DNA of 64,000 bases. Origin: Cyanidioschyzon merolae (lineage: Eukaryota). Of this stretch, positions 29,032 through 41,161 are shown piece by piece (the stretch's first letter is position 1; every line of letters begins with the position of its first letter). A program made the position numbers and the translations under genes. The stretch is taken from assembly GCA_000091205.1 (NCBI GenBank), contig AP006489.2; one strand, given 5' to 3'. The notes under the pieces were generated by a model, which was not told the DNA's origin, made no database searches, and saw only the letters and a program-made list of their open reading frames with translations.

Positions 29032-31440
29032 TCAAACAATAGGAGTCACTGTCGCGGCATTCGCCGTCTCTTTTGAAACAGCTGCCAAGTCGAGTGCCCG
29101 GTCTAGAGCCCGAACCAGGTCTGCTGCCCGATGGAGCGGCGTCTGCGCTGGAGCTACCAGCGCGTATACCGTGGTGCCCAGCGGTCGCAGGTAGATGCCA
29201 TGCTGCTGGCGAGCAATGCTCAGCACTCGCGTCTGACGGGCTGCAAGAAGCCGCTCGTCCGCCTGTTCAGCTGAGGTCAGCGGTGTGAGTTGCACAGCCA
29301 ACACGCTTCCAATCGCAGACACCGCACCAACACCAGGTTTGGTTGAGAGCGCTCTCACGGGTGCCAGCAACGCACCGTCGAACACGCGCGTCTCCGCGGA
29401 GGTTAGCCGCTCATAGATGGAGAGGGCTGCGTTCGCCGCTGCGCATCCCGCCGGATACGCAGAGTACGAGTGTCCGTGGAGGAGAGCGTCGGCTCGCTTT
29501 TCCCCCAAAAATGCAGTAAACACCTCCTCAGACGACAGGGTAACAGCCAACGGGAGCGCACCGCCGGTGAGCAACTTGCCATATGCGGCAATGTCGGGCT
29601 CACGATCGAGAATGCTGGCACCAGTGAGGGCGCCAAGCCGCCAGAAGGCCGTGAAAACCTCATCGAAAACGACCGGGATTGCCCGCTGCCGACAAGCATC
29701 GATCAGCGCTTGTTGATATACGACGTCGATGATACGCATGCCACCGGCGCCCTGTACCACTGGCTCGAGAACCAAAGCGCCCAGTGGCATCGATTCGTGT
29801 CGCGCTAGTTCCTCTGCAATGCTGCGGTGGTACTCGCGATATCGCTCGTGACGTCGTCGCTGGGCAGCAGCGTCCAAGCCTTGCGGTGCATCTGGCTGCC
29901 AGTCACCGTTCCAGATCGCACAGTATGGCGGTTTGAGGAAAAGGCCCCGGCCTCGATACCAGGGCGTTTGAAGCTGGTTAAAGGTGGACGACGGTGAGCA
30001 GTCCATGGCGCCCAGGGTGTCCCCGTGGTAGCTCCCCTCGAGGCCGACAATGCCGACATCCGAGGCGCGTGACAGGTCGAAGAGCCCTCGTTTCTGAGCG
30101 AGGCGAAATGCCATCTTCAGACCGATCTCCATCGCAGTACTCCCGTTATCCGAGAAGAAAACACGAGACGCCCAGCCATTCCCGACGCTGTTTAGGAGGC
30201 GCTTGCTGAGCAGCCAAGCTGGCTCGTGAACGCACTCGGGGAACATAACGTGGCCGTAGCGTCCCAGCGCATTCCCTATCGATCGGTTTAGCGTCGGGTG
30301 ACCGTGTCCGACTGACTGCGTCCACCAGGAGCCGCAGCCATCGAACCAACGCTCTTGAGTGAGCTCACTCGATGACGTTCTTTTCTGTGGACTCATTCCA
30401 GAGACGTCGCGCTTGACCGATTTGATAATCGTATAATCGTCGCCGTAAGCCGAGTCAATGAGCGTCGTCTGTGCTCGCTCCTCGGATGCAGACGGCATTC
30501 GCCGTGCCTGGTGTTGCGTGAAAGGCCACCACAGCACTTGGTCGCTCTCGCGAAGCATATCTTGCCAGCGTATCGCGCGACGACACCACCAGTGTCGGAG
30601 ATGCTCTATGAATCGTTGAGCAGTTTCGTCGACGGACACCAAGCCTTGTGCTGGCTGTGCTAGAGATGCCTGCGCATGCGCATCAAAGACTCGCAAATAA
30701 GGCTCCACAATGGGCGTCTCTTCTGGGTCCAGCTGAGCGCGGATAGCGGCAGCATTGCGATCAGCGCTCTCGAGTCCGGGGCCCATGCCGAATACAATGG
30801 CCGGGACATCATAACCACGGCTTCGCAAAGCTTCATATGCGGCGAGCGTCGTCGATATACCTCCTAGTCGTGCATCGCCAACAAGGACGCCAGGTAGCCG
30901 TACCGCGCGATAAAAGTCCGCCTGGAGCGTGCCGCTGGCGCTCACCGGAGACAACACACCACCCGCTGTTTCAACCATGAACAGCGAAAGCCCTGCGTTT
31001 TTTAGTGCATTCTCGATATGCTCCAACACCGTGGACGAGTCTAGTTCGGGAGATGCCAGACCTCCCGCGGGTCGCTGGAGCGACGCATGTGAGAACGGCT
31101 CCCCGGCAGTAGCAGCTGCTGCTGCCTCCTGTGGGGAACGCGCTAGCCTCCACGCGTACAGCGTCCGGCATGAAAAAGCGTGCTCTCTGGACACATATTC
31201 CAGAGCATTTTCTGGTTCGTTGATACGGGTATCCGTTCCCAGGGCTTGTCTGAATACGAATCGAGCGTCGTGATCGGAAGGAAACCCCGTCTGCAGCGGC
31301 TTGAGGTAAAGCAGTGCTCCCCTAGCTCGGTCGCTGTCTCGCAAGTGAGCTCGGGCGAGCGCTGCACAAACCAACGTCTTTCCAACGTTGGTATTCGCGC
31401 CCCATACCTGGAAAGCGAGCCCGTAAAAGTTTCGTTGCAT
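29032..31440 (-). CDS. BIO3-BIO1: Bifunctional biotin-biosynthesis enzyme: dethiobiotin synthetase (BioD) N-terminal domain fused to 7,8-diaminopelargonic acid aminotransferase (BioA), with BIO3-BIO1 architecture.
   Basis: The N-terminal P-loop reads AFQVWGANTNVGKTLVCAALARA, like the BioD GTDTEVGKT. The C-terminal class-III aminotransferase stretch HDEVFTAFWRLGALTGASILDREPDIAAYGKLLTGGALPLAVTLSSEEVF aligns with E. coli BioA [48 protein letters not shown], including the PLP lysine. Confidence 0.9.
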   Translation of the reverse strand: MQRNFYGLAFQVWGANTNVGKTLVCAALARAHLRDSDRARGALLYLKPLQTGFPSDHDARFVFRQALGTDTRINEPENALEYVSREHAFSCRTLYAWRLARSPQEAAAAATAGEPFSHASLQRPAGGLASPELDSSTVLEHIENALKNAGLSLFMVETAGGVLSPVSASGTLQADFYRAVRLPGVLVGDARLGGISTTLAAYEALRSRGYDVPAIVFGMGPGLESADRNAAAIRAQLDPEETPIVEPYLRVFDAHAQASLAQPAQGLVSVDETAQRFIEHLRHWWCRRAIRWQDMLRESDQVLWWPFTQHQARRMPSASEERAQTTLIDSAYGDDYTIIKSVKRDVSGMSPQKRTSSSELTQERWFDGCGSWWTQSVGHGHPTLNRSIGNALGRYGHVMFPECVHEPAWLLSKRLLNSVGNGWASRVFFSDNGSTAMEIGLKMAFRLAQKRGLFDLSRASDVGIVGLEGSYHGDTLGAMDCSPSSTFNQLQTPWYRGRGLFLKPPYCAIWNGDWQPDAPQGLDAAAQRRRHERYREYHRSIAEELARHESMPLGALVLEPVVQGAGGMRIIDVVYQQALIDACRQRAIPVVFDEVFTAFWRLGALTGASILDREPDIAAYGKLLTGGALPLAVTLSSEEVFTAFLGEKRADALLHGHSYSAYPAGCAAANAALSIYERLTSAETRVFDGALLAPVRALSTKPGVGAVSAIGSVLAVQLTPLTSAEQADERLLAARQTRVLSIARQQHGIYLRPLGTTVYALVAPAQTPLHRAADLVRALDRALDLAAVSKETANAATVTPIV

Positions 31441-33154
31441 CCGAGAAGCGTCCAGATCACTCAGACCGGCCGTCTGGACGGCTCTGTGGTGCGCCCGACC
31501 AAGCCTCGCAGCGCCTTGCTAGCAACCCGCCGCACGCAAAAGGAAGCCCTGTTAAAGACTACGAAAGGTCACCAGTTCTAGCTCTATCCAAGCGGGTCTG
31601 GAAACGGCTTGACCGGCCTCGGACGCAGGCGTCGCTAGACAAACGACGGTGCTGCTTCTACGGCTTCAGACTGCTCGGTTCGCAGGCGTCGCCGTCACCA
31701 GAGTCGCGGCGGTCGCCGCTGAGCCGAAGGCTTCTCTAGTGGTGGTTGCGCAAGAACCGTTTGGAAACGAGCTCCACTCGCTGACTGAGGTCACTTTCAA
31801 TGAAATGAACTTGAAGCTGTGTCCAGACTAGTGGGCGCAATCGAAGAAGAAAACATTCGAGGAAAGCGTTGATGCGCCTGTCCCGTGCATAAGACCGTAC
31901 CGGGAACTACCATAAGCTCTGGTGCACGTGTTCCTCTGCCCCAGGATCGATGCATCCAACGCCTGGCATCCACCAGTGCACGATGCGTATCGACATCCAG
32001 GGATTTGGTGCGAATGCTTGTCTGCTTTTCCAGGAAGCAACGGACTAGGGTGCTACCTTCAATGACGTACCTGCATTGCTAATACCGCATCGTTGGCACG
32101 CGCGAACATGTCAACCGGTGCGTCGGTGAAGGAGGCGAAACGTCCCATGGAGTGCGACCCGGCGAGCAAACACCGCCAGAGGACACGCGGTAGACGCAGC
32201 ATCGTAGGACACCGCGGGGGCAACAAGCTACGATCCCCCGAAGAGAAGCCTCGTTCATGTTTATGGAACGTATGGGTCCGGACACGACGACGATTGCAAC
32301 CGTGGGTGTCGATCATCGTCGAGGTCTCGCAGATTACCGCTTCATTGCATGGGCACGATACCCTAAAGCAAAAATTGCCGCAGGATTCGCGGTATGCTTT
32401 TGCAGCGGATGCAGAGGCTCGTGCTGGCTAGCAGTTGCTCGCTAGAAAGCAGCGAGCGTAGAGCTGGCCAACTATGCGCAAACTCGTGGGGATCAGCGGC
32501 CAGCTAGTATCCCATCGCACTCTAGTCCGTTGTATGTCTAGGGCTGCTAGCTGGAGCGCAACCCCAAGCGTCCGCTGCCTCCAGAGTCGCGCTGCTTCCC
32601 CAGTTCACGTCCAGTTGGCTAGAGGTACGTCATCTCCACGCCCGAACAGTAGTCTATCAGGTATCCCGAACCGGAACCTCGAACGAGCGCGTGACGTCAA
32701 CGGATGGAGTCCTTACTTCCGGGGGCCTCAATTTCGTACCATCATCCGATCCGTGAGCGCTCCATACGTGCGTGAAGCGCCAGTCCCAGACTTGGCAACT
32801 GCTAGTGCGCAACGCCCTTCACCTCCGCAAGTGTTACGTTGAGCCTGCATCCAACGCAAGTTACAGCTGCGGTTGGATGACCCTAAGCTTCAAAGCGTCC
32901 GAAAACGAGAAATTGCTCCACGACACCTGCTCTTTAGGGCGCTCGGCCTCAGGGCACCCGCTTCCCCGCCCAGAAACCGCAACCCCTCGAAATGCTGGCA
33001 AGTGCCCGCGCGATCCCAGCTTCACGAGGATCGCTCACTGATCTGCTGGGAAAGCGAAACATCGTACACTGTCGTGTTGCTAGGTTGTACTGGGTTTCAA
33101 AGCTGACCAGCACTCAGGGTCAGGCGAAGCAACGTTCGCATCAGTCGCTCATCA

Positions 33155-36100
33155 TTGTCAGCGTCATCCAAACGTGGTTCTAGAGCTCGTTGGTTACGAC
33201 GCTCTGGGAGGCGGCTGTGTCAGCACCGACCAGCCGAGCATACCATGTCGGTCGCGAAACGAAAACGAAGACCTGCTGTGCAGGAGCTTCACGGACATGT
33301 CGAAGGCTGGGACGGTCCCGAGTACGCATTCTTGCTGCCGGTAGGCGCTGCTGCGTGGCGTCTGCGTTTCGACGCATGGTCAGGTGCCCTGGCCGGCTCT
33401 ACCGTCGTGCCGGAGCGGGAGCCCGTGGAGGGTTCGGCTTTTCCGGCTCAGGCGGGCCGTCAGTTCTCAGTAGAGGGTTTCCTCACTAGCACGAGGAGGC
33501 TGTCAGTGCATACAGCGCCAAAATCGCAGGCAGAGGCGGAGGCGGACGTACAGCTGAGACCCTGCGACCCGCGCAAGCACCCCGACTCGTTGGGAACGGG
33601 ACATTGCAGGCTTCGCCTTCTTCCCGCGTTTCCGTCAGACGCGAATGATGCGAATGATGAACGAACATTGATCGTTTTGCATCTGAATAGGGCGATAACA
33701 GAAGCCTACCTTGTAGCCCAGTTTGGGCGCTACGGTCCCGTAGAGCAGGCGCTCGTGCATTGCGACGAGCGGGGCACCCCCATGGGATTTGCGAGCATCC
33801 GCATGAAGTCCAAAGACGCGTGCCGTCAAGCGCTTCGTGAAATGCACAACAAAATACTCATGGGCTCTCGAATACAAGTGTTTGTTGATCCAGGCGGAGA
33901 TACGGCTGCCGCTCGACGACGAGCGTTAATCGATAGAAGGAACCGCTGGGAGCAGGAGCAACGAGCACAACTGGAGAAGCATCGTCGGCCTGTTGAAGCA
34001 CAGGCGCTAGATGCAGCTGCCGGTGCTCGTGGCGTTCCCCACGCTAGCCAGCGACCTGCTGATCGATTGAGTTTGACGTCCGACCAGCAAGGCGCTAGTC
34101 CGGCGGCGAATGGCGCTAGAGCCGATACTCTTGGTGTACAGGGACCTGACGATCGACTGATTTTGGCGTCAGATCAGCAACGTACCAGCCCAGTAATGAC
34201 TGCAAGCAGCGCACAGCACGCTGCTGTGACTCGATATGCTTCACGAGACGAACGCGACCCTCGGCAACGAGCGACTTGCGCTGGGCGTCATGGTCTCGTA
34301 CGGAGCGTGCAAGCGTCTCTGGTGAATGACGCGAGTCGCCGTGCATTCGCTGACGCACCCGAACTGGATAGGGAGCGCCCAAATCACGCTGACAGGTCGG
34401 TTTCGGGTCTGGATGCGTACCGCTCAGCAACAGCACGAGGTACGATCGCCGGGAATGCCTCCCGTACTGAATCGGGGGTCAGCGTGGCCCGAACAGGGGC
34501 ACCAACCGCTGGTGGCAGCTTTTCCGAAGATGCCAGGGTCATTCAAGTGGCGGGCGTTCCGGTAAAGACGCCGAGATCCGTACTCATGTCGGCGTTTCGA
34601 CGATTCGGTAAGATTCTTCGGATCAAAGGATGTGCAGAGCCTGGGAAGCGCGATGCCAGCGAGTCAGCGGTAACGTCGACCGAAGCGGAATCGCAAACCC
34701 GTACGTTCCTCATGTACTTCAGAACGAGGGAGCAGGCGCTAGAAGCTGCAGCTCACATGGATCAGCACATGATCATGGGGAAGCGTGTTCGAGTCTCGTG
34801 TGTTGTCGACCAGGCAGTGGCGTCCGGTTCGCGTCCCGAAATTGGAAACGTCAGGGATGACGCTGTAGAGGGCGCAGGACATGCCCAGGGACTCTTGTCG
34901 AGAGCGTCGATGGGTGCAAATGGGCGACTGGTCCATTCGGGGGCATCTGGGCATCCATCTTGGAAGCGACTTTCAGAAAGAGGACGCAGCTGCACCAATG
35001 CGCCGTCAGGCGTTACCGAGGACGCTGCCGTACGGGGACGCGTCGCCGGAGACCGCACTTTATACAATGCAGCAAAGCCGGTCTGTCCGACAAACTTCTT
35101 GGTTTCCACTGAGATTCACGCGGTGCGTCTGAGCACGCTACCGTTCAATACACCGCACTATGAACTTAATGAGGCGTTGGCGAGCGCTCCCTGTTCTGTG
35201 CGAACTGTCGCTCGAGCGCCCTTCTGGTACGTCCTCTTCGCTGACGCCGCCGATTTGTATCGCTTTACACGTTGGCTTCGCAGTCGTAACCAGGAGCTGC
35301 TCGGTTGTAGCATTCTGTTCGAGGCTTGCCGGGTAACACTCGCAGAGGACGGCTCCGGAATCCACGAGGTGACGCTCATGAGGGCTGAGCGTTCCTTTGC
35401 GACGCGCCTGGAACTCCTGGATGCGATTGGCGACATCTTCGAAGGGCAAGTGCGTCATGCACTTCTGCGGGATCTGCATCGCGAGATTCTCGATAAGGTT
35501 GCACAACAAGTCATGGAGACGTTCGAGGCCCGCATGCGTGAAAAGCTCGCCCGTCAACGACTCGAATCCGGTGGCGACAAAGCAGCCAAACCTCCGCGAA
35601 TGGGATCCGTTTCGCTGGACGTACTACCCGAGCTGGCGATGAGGCAGCGTTCGCGACGTTCGCCGGGGTCCCAGCCAGGAGCACCCCCCGACCCGCAGTC
35701 AGCAGTCGAGAAGGGAGCGAGTGCCTCATCTGCGGTGGCAGAACTGGCCCGTTTATCATCGCGATCTTCACTCGATCGCGCTGCACACGACTCGCTCTCA
35801 GTATCGCTCTTGGAAGATGTGGCGCCCGACGAGGACCAGGTGTACCTGCAAAGAGTTTTAGAGTGCTGCTTCCAACCGACGGACGATGTGCCGCCTCAGC
35901 TGAGCGCTTCGATCGTCAGTACCCTGGACCAAGACAAAAGCGATATCGCTACGCGCTACCGCGAGCACTGGAGCCCGTATCTGGAAACCTTGTTCGATAC
36001 GCATGGAATATGTATCAAGCAGAAGCTGCAGGAACCAGAGCCGCCAGCAAACTCCACCGGCTGCGCGCGAACTGAAGGCTATGCGGCGTTTTCGCGTGAG

Positions 36101-36700
36101 CTCAAGGCATTCCGTTGGCGTCCGCCGAAACAAGTCATTATTCCGGCGGATGAGGCCCGGCGCTGGAGTGCCACCGGCAGCCTGCGTGGTACCCGCGTCG
36201 AGCAACGCCAGCTCCTCTCTGCGGTCAGTGATCGTGAACAGACCGTACTCTATCTGCAACAGCGCGAACGATTCCTGCGCTTCTACCGCTCTGGGATTCA
36301 TGGCTACGGCTTGTGGGCGCTCGAGGACATCCCCGCCGGTGACTACATCATTGAATACCGCGGGGAGCTGGTACGCTCTGCTGTGGCCGACCTACGCGAA
36401 CGTGCTTACCGCCAGCAGGGCATGGGCGACTCGTTCATGTTTCGTATCGACGCGGATACCGTTGTTGATGCAACCCACATTGGAAGCGTTGCCCGTTTCG
36501 TGAACCACAGCTGCGATCCGAACGCGATCGCCCGAATCGTGCAACTCGGTGGTGCATCCCATATTCTGTTTTACAGCAAGCGTTCGATCTGTGTGGGCGA
36601 GGAGATTACCTACGACTACAATTTTGATATTGAGGATGATGCCTCCGAGAAGGTACCATGTTTGTGTGGAGCACCCAATTGCCGTCAGTATTTGAACTGA
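33155..36700 (+). CDS. SET1: SET1/COMPASS-type histone H3K4 methyltransferase with an RRM, a long disordered linker, and SET plus post-SET domains.
   Basis: The RRM reads LIVLHLNRAITEAYLVAQFGRYGPVEQALVHCDERGTPMGFASIRMKSKDACRQALREMHNKILMGSRIQVFVD. The C-terminal SET domain reads GYGLWALEDIPAGDYIIEYRGELVRSAVADLRERAY...FRIDADTVVDATHIGSVARFVNHSCDPNAIARIVQLGGASHILFYSKRSICVGEEITYDYNF. The post-SET segment reads CLCGAPNCRQYLN. Confidence 0.85.
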   Translation: MSASSKRGSRARWLRRSGRRLCQHRPAEHTMSVAKRKRRPAVQELHGHVEGWDGPEYAFLLPVGAAAWRLRFDAWSGALAGSTVVPEREPVEGSAFPAQAGRQFSVEGFLTSTRRLSVHTAPKSQAEAEADVQLRPCDPRKHPDSLGTGHCRLRLLPAFPSDANDANDERTLIVLHLNRAITEAYLVAQFGRYGPVEQALVHCDERGTPMGFASIRMKSKDACRQALREMHNKILMGSRIQVFVDPGGDTAAARRRALIDRRNRWEQEQRAQLEKHRRPVEAQALDAAAGARGVPHASQRPADRLSLTSDQQGASPAANGARADTLGVQGPDDRLILASDQQRTSPVMTASSAQHAAVTRYASRDERDPRQRATCAGRHGLVRSVQASLVNDASRRAFADAPELDRERPNHADRSVSGLDAYRSATARGTIAGNASRTESGVSVARTGAPTAGGSFSEDARVIQVAGVPVKTPRSVLMSAFRRFGKILRIKGCAEPGKRDASESAVTSTEAESQTRTFLMYFRTREQALEAAAHMDQHMIMGKRVRVSCVVDQAVASGSRPEIGNVRDDAVEGAGHAQGLLSRASMGANGRLVHSGASGHPSWKRLSERGRSCTNAPSGVTEDAAVRGRVAGDRTLYNAAKPVCPTNFLVSTEIHAVRLSTLPFNTPHYELNEALASAPCSVRTVARAPFWYVLFADAADLYRFTRWLRSRNQELLGCSILFEACRVTLAEDGSGIHEVTLMRAERSFATRLELLDAIGDIFEGQVRHALLRDLHREILDKVAQQVMETFEARMREKLARQRLESGGDKAAKPPRMGSVSLDVLPELAMRQRSRRSPGSQPGAPPDPQSAVEKGASASSAVAELARLSSRSSLDRAAHDSLSVSLLEDVAPDEDQVYLQRVLECCFQPTDDVPPQLSASIVSTLDQDKSDIATRYREHWSPYLETLFDTHGICIKQKLQEPEPPANSTGCARTEGYAAFSRELKAFRWRPPKQVIIPADEARRWSATGSLRGTRVEQRQLLSAVSDREQTVLYLQQRERFLRFYRSGIHGYGLWALEDIPAGDYIIEYRGELVRSAVADLRERAYRQQGMGDSFMFRIDADTVVDATHIGSVARFVNHSCDPNAIARIVQLGGASHILFYSKRSICVGEEITYDYNFDIEDDASEKVPCLCGAPNCRQYLN

Positions 36701-37572
36701 GAACGACTGCGGGAGCTGCTCGGTGAACGACAGTTGAGCTGGAGCGACCAAGCGCGGCACACGCTCTTGCGAGAAACCGGTACCAGTTCTGAAACGCAGC
36801 ACTGCGGCAGGGGCCGCTCTACAAACGCTGCCTTGGGAACCGTCCAGGTGCTACAGGCGCTCGGGCTGCGACGCTCAGAGCTGTGTTTCTTCTCGAGCGT
36901 ACACAGCGCCTCTTACAGGAGCGATGCGCGTGTATCCTGGGGCACGGTACGCAGGCAGGGGTATTGCAAGCGTCCGGGGGCTCCCTGGATCCCAGCGCTT
37001 GCCATCGGCTGCGAGGCTATCCGGTATCACCAGAGCGCTGGAAATGGATCCGAGCTCCCCAGTGGCATCCGCGGAGCGACGTCCACGCGTGTTCAGCACC
37101 AGTCCAAGAGCGTGTACGCTTCAGTGCCTGGAGGAACTTGTAGAGCACGCCTACGCTACGGGACGCGGACGTTGCCTCCGTTCCGCTGGAAACGAAAGCT
37201 AGGATGCATCGAGCTTTGCTGGAGCGCCTGTGAACCGCCCGAGTCACTAACAATGAACGCGATGTGCCTATATCATTCGTTCCAAGTGAAACGCTTTCAT
37301 CTATGGCGTTCCCCGGGTGTGCAGCAGAACCCAGAATGAGCCGTTTGGCGCTCAGACTTGTCCTCGTGATGCCGAAGCTTGTTGCCAGCGCAGGTCTTAC
37401 GCCAGTCCCTTATCGAAGCGCTCTTCTAGTCCGAAGCGTCTCTACAAAACCTAGGAGAAACGTCCTGCTCCCAGTACACACACACACACACCATAAACCG
37501 CTTAGGCTGGTGCGGTACGGAGAGTACCGCCCGCAGCTGTTTCGTGGCATCCGCGTTCTCTATTGAAACGCG

Positions 37573-38166
37573 GTGAACCTCATGTGTTTGCGACACGTGC
37601 AGCGCGTTTCTCTCCTTCTGTTTCTCGGGTTTGCGGTACTTCTTGAGTTTGTGCCCAGTGAGGTGCACGGCTTCAGCTCCAACGACGTTCGAGCGAGACG
37701 CACTGTGTTTGTGGTCCACCCGCGCAGAGGCGGTACGCACCGTGTCTCGCTCGATACACCTCCGAACCCGGCAACGACGTGTACGTTTCGGTATGAGCAG
37801 GTGCAAGGTGCAACTCCGGAGACCTGGGAGCTTTTGATTTACGGAGATCGCACAGTAGGCGAGCTCGCTTGTCGAGCTCGGCGACTACCAGCGGCTCAAG
37901 CGACTGAACTTGGCGAGAACTTGGACGGTACCGGGATCGACTTAGCAGCCGAGCACGACTACGCTGCCCCGTCTTATCTGCTTTTCGAGGATATGCAGCT
38001 CGAACTTGGTGATAACGCGACGACAGTGATCGAAGCAGTGGCCTTCGACTCAAGCGGCGTACGGCTGGCGACCAGCGACCTCGTGTCGAGCGGTTCACAA
38101 CTGCGGACGCGTTCGGGGTTCATGGGAAATCTTCGAAGCGTGATGCTGAAGGCGCTACTTTACTGA
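37573..38166 (+). CDS. Hypothetical small protein with a predicted N-terminal signal peptide, possibly secreted.
   Basis: MNLMCLRHVQRVSLLLFLGFAVLLEFVPSEVHG contains a hydrophobic core and an AxA-like cleavage context. The remainder is not low-complexity and carries no RxLR or other known motif. Confidence 0.3.
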   Translation: MNLMCLRHVQRVSLLLFLGFAVLLEFVPSEVHGFSSNDVRARRTVFVVHPRRGGTHRVSLDTPPNPATTCTFRYEQVQGATPETWELLIYGDRTVGELACRARRLPAAQATELGENLDGTGIDLAAEHDYAAPSYLLFEDMQLELGDNATTVIEAVAFDSSGVRLATSDLVSSGSQLRTRSGFMGNLRSVMLKALLY

Positions 38167-38692
38167 CTCGATGCCTGGCGCTTACTGGTTTCGCTATCCT
38201 GCGCACATTGCGGGTGACTGCGGTGGAAGCGATGAGGTCTTAAGCGGAGATGTTGTGACCGCGCGACTGGCACAAGCGAGACAGAGAAGAAACCGGCGGC
38301 TTGATGTCCCGCACACACACCCCCCCGCCTGCTTGCATACAGTGGAACGATTGTTGGCAGGTATAGATGTAATGACGCGATATAGCAAGCATGCTTGTCT
38401 AGCGTGATGAGAGAAGCGCGCACATCGCTGACGCTGGTGCCACAAGCGCAGCTGCTGTCTACCTGTTTGAGGGTGTATGGCCAGGGGTCACGGATTGCGG
38501 GCATTGCCAAGCGCCGGGGTTGTTGCTGTGTGTATGTGTATGTGTGTGTGGTATACTTACAGGCCATGTCGTCTTGCACGTCGCGAGTCTGAAAGACTCA
38601 CGAGTTTTTGCTAGATAAAAGAGATGCTCTGGTGTACACTGGTTCATTATGGCGGTGCGCTGATAGATGCAGGCATCGCGTTATTCAACGTG

Positions 38693-40300
38693 CGATGACT
38701 TTTGAAGTACATGGAACGTATAGCCATGTTTGATTTTGTTTGTTTTTCTGGCAGGTATGCAACGAAAGGAATGCGTTTCGCAGACTGGGGAAAGGTCGGC
38801 AAGAGGCTCGATGGCGCCACTACTGGCTAGCGAAGAGAGGCCTTCGCATCAGAAGCAGCACAGAGTGCCTCCCTGGGGTCCGAGTGCACGAGCCACCTTT
38901 TGCGTCCGTTCGATATAGACCGCAAATATCAGACCAAGGCTCATGATCGCATCGTAGACTCTTCTGCATGGAGCTTTACGACCACCACCGTAGTGAGCAG
39001 CGGCAGATATCTGCGACCAATACGAAGCATTCGAGCAACACCGCAAAGCGCACTGGCGAGATACCTTGCTGTTAACCGAGAGGAAACGGGAAGACGTGTT
39101 TGCGAGGACGTCAAAGACCGGACGGAATATCAATCTGTATGCACATTGCGCAGCATCTGGACCAGCGTCTACCAAAGAGACTCATTCGCACCCGTTCAGC
39201 CCAGATGAAGACAACGTCTTCGCGATGGTGGTGTTCGTGCATCCCGAATCCAGGTGCATCGAAGCACTCGCCGTACCTGTAGATCAAGAGCACGGAGCCA
39301 GCGACCCAGGAAGAAACCAGATGAAGCTGCTCGATCTCCGGGGATTCTCTCTGGTAGGCAGCTGGGAATGATCGGCACCAGAGGGTATACCAGAAAATGG
39401 AATGCTGTTATCAGCACCAATCGCGACGCTCCGAGCTCTGCATCCAGCAGCGGGCGATGCTTGCGTCCGTTTCATTCAGAGCGTGCCAAAAACGTCCAAA
39501 CAGTTGATGCACGCGATACTCAGCGGGAATTCGGGACACCGCACCGGAGTCGCCGACAGTTTCGGCCGTATGGAGGCAACAAGCGCGCAAGTGTCGGGTT
39601 CTTCACTGATTTCGAACAGAAAATGACGAGAGGTTTGCGTCGTTTCGCGATAGCCTTCGGCGCTGGGCTTGAAGTTGCGCACACGCCCTGAACTCCTGCG
39701 CTCCGTCGACGAAAGCCGGCAGTGCGCACGGGAATCTGCGCTATACGATTCCCATCGGTGACTGAATCCCGGGCGACATCGATGCATCACGAGCGTGGGT
39801 GCTTGCTGCGACACGAATAGAAACAATCGTATGAAACAGCGTCGGATGCACGCCATGGTGTCCAGAAGGCTGAGCGGACGTCAGTTGGCGAGGCAATCGA
39901 AAAGCATTGCCCAGCTCGTGTGTGATGCCACCGGCTATCATGCACGCGAGCTCTCTCTCTCTCTGTGACGACTCGAACGCCTCCATTATTCACTGGGTAT
40001 GACCAGTGCTTCGAGAGCGTCCAGCGGCCTTGTGTCGAGCGAACGTTCCCGAAAATCGTTTCGTAATCAGCCTGGGCATCTTGCTGAAAAGCTGCAGCCT
40101 TGCGTCCAGAAACACAATGCATCAGTGACCAGGAGAACGCGCACTGGATGCTCACCCCGCAGGAACACACCGCTGTGCTTCGGGTGAGCAATCCATCAAG
40201 GCTGCAGCGACGTGCACCCATCCACCGGTAACGGTATTCCTCAACAGTATTTGAGCGATCATGGGGTTCCACGAATCAACTGTAGAGCGTATATCGCACA
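38693..40300 (+). repeat. Inverted-repeat arm A (about 1.6 kb).
   Basis: It is the reverse complement of 44945-46558 at about 99% identity. Mirrored ORF pairs are 39066..39371(+) with 45879..46184(-), 39476..39856(-) with 45394..45774(+), and 38900..39208(+) with 46042..46350(-). Boundaries were mapped by eye at cgatgacttttgaagtacatgg and tgcgatatacgc. A (CT)n/(GA)n indel near 39950/45290 shifts the frame between the two copies. Confidence 0.88.
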
Positions 40301-41161
40301 GCGGTTGCCGTATCTGCCTAGGTGCTCGAAGATACTTGCCCGCAGAAACGCTGCTTGGTTTCGCGACACCTGAATTCGACTGGTAGGCAGGGGCCTGCAA
40401 TGCGCCGCCATCGGGGATGGAGAAACAGTTGCTTCGGAAGCCGCTTTCTAACAGGCCGTTACAATCAGACAGCACCGGTTTGGGAACTCGCGTCGACGTC
40501 GGCAAGTCTGTACTGCCTCAATGCAGCGGCCTCGATAAAGCCGGCACTCAGTAAAATGCCGGTTCTACTGAGTTTCGATTTTATCGGCGAACCCTGTTCT
40601 GGGCATGGCTGTTGTAAAGGCATCTGCAGAAGCGGGAGTGCATACGTCCACAGCGGCTTCCGTTTTGCACATTGGGCCGTGTCTGATTGAATGCATCGAT
40701 CACCTCCCGTGAAAATTCCTTTGAGAAAAGACTACAACGGAGGCGCTTCCATCCATGCCGCCCTCTGGCGGCAACAGATCCGCCTAATCCCCATCGCAGG
40801 GTACCAGGTGCAGTACTGCGGACAAGTGATATCCGCGGAAGCGACACTCCAGCCGACATCAGCCGCCTGCATTGATCGAAGTGACCGCCGCTTCTCACTC
40901 GACCATGCACTGTGTGAGCATTCGAGAGCAGCACGCAATTCATCACATACTATGTTCGACAAAGCCTGCGGTGTGCATTTCGCCAGAGATGCCAAAGACA
41001 AAACCGTTGTCGATGGCGGCTGGCCGAACCAGTTCAAAAAAGCGTCTCCAGGCATCTCTGAAGTTGTACGTTATGGAGCTTCGGGCCGAGAATCCGCATG
41101 CACTGCTCAGCGGCACGCCGCAGAATGTCCCGACGAGAACGTGCCTACACCACACCAGCCT

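Noticed and set aside
37573-38166. An RxLR-type oomycete effector call for the signal-peptide ORF.
   Set aside because: No RxLR or dEER motif follows the predicted signal peptide (only RARR). The signal peptide prediction itself was made by eye.
38693-40300. Coding genes inside the inverted-repeat arms, including mirrored 100-160-aa ORFs on both strands.
   Set aside because: ORFs occur on both strands in overlapping frames. They have no family resemblance and are disrupted by a microsatellite indel between the copies. The arms look non-coding, or at most a decayed element.
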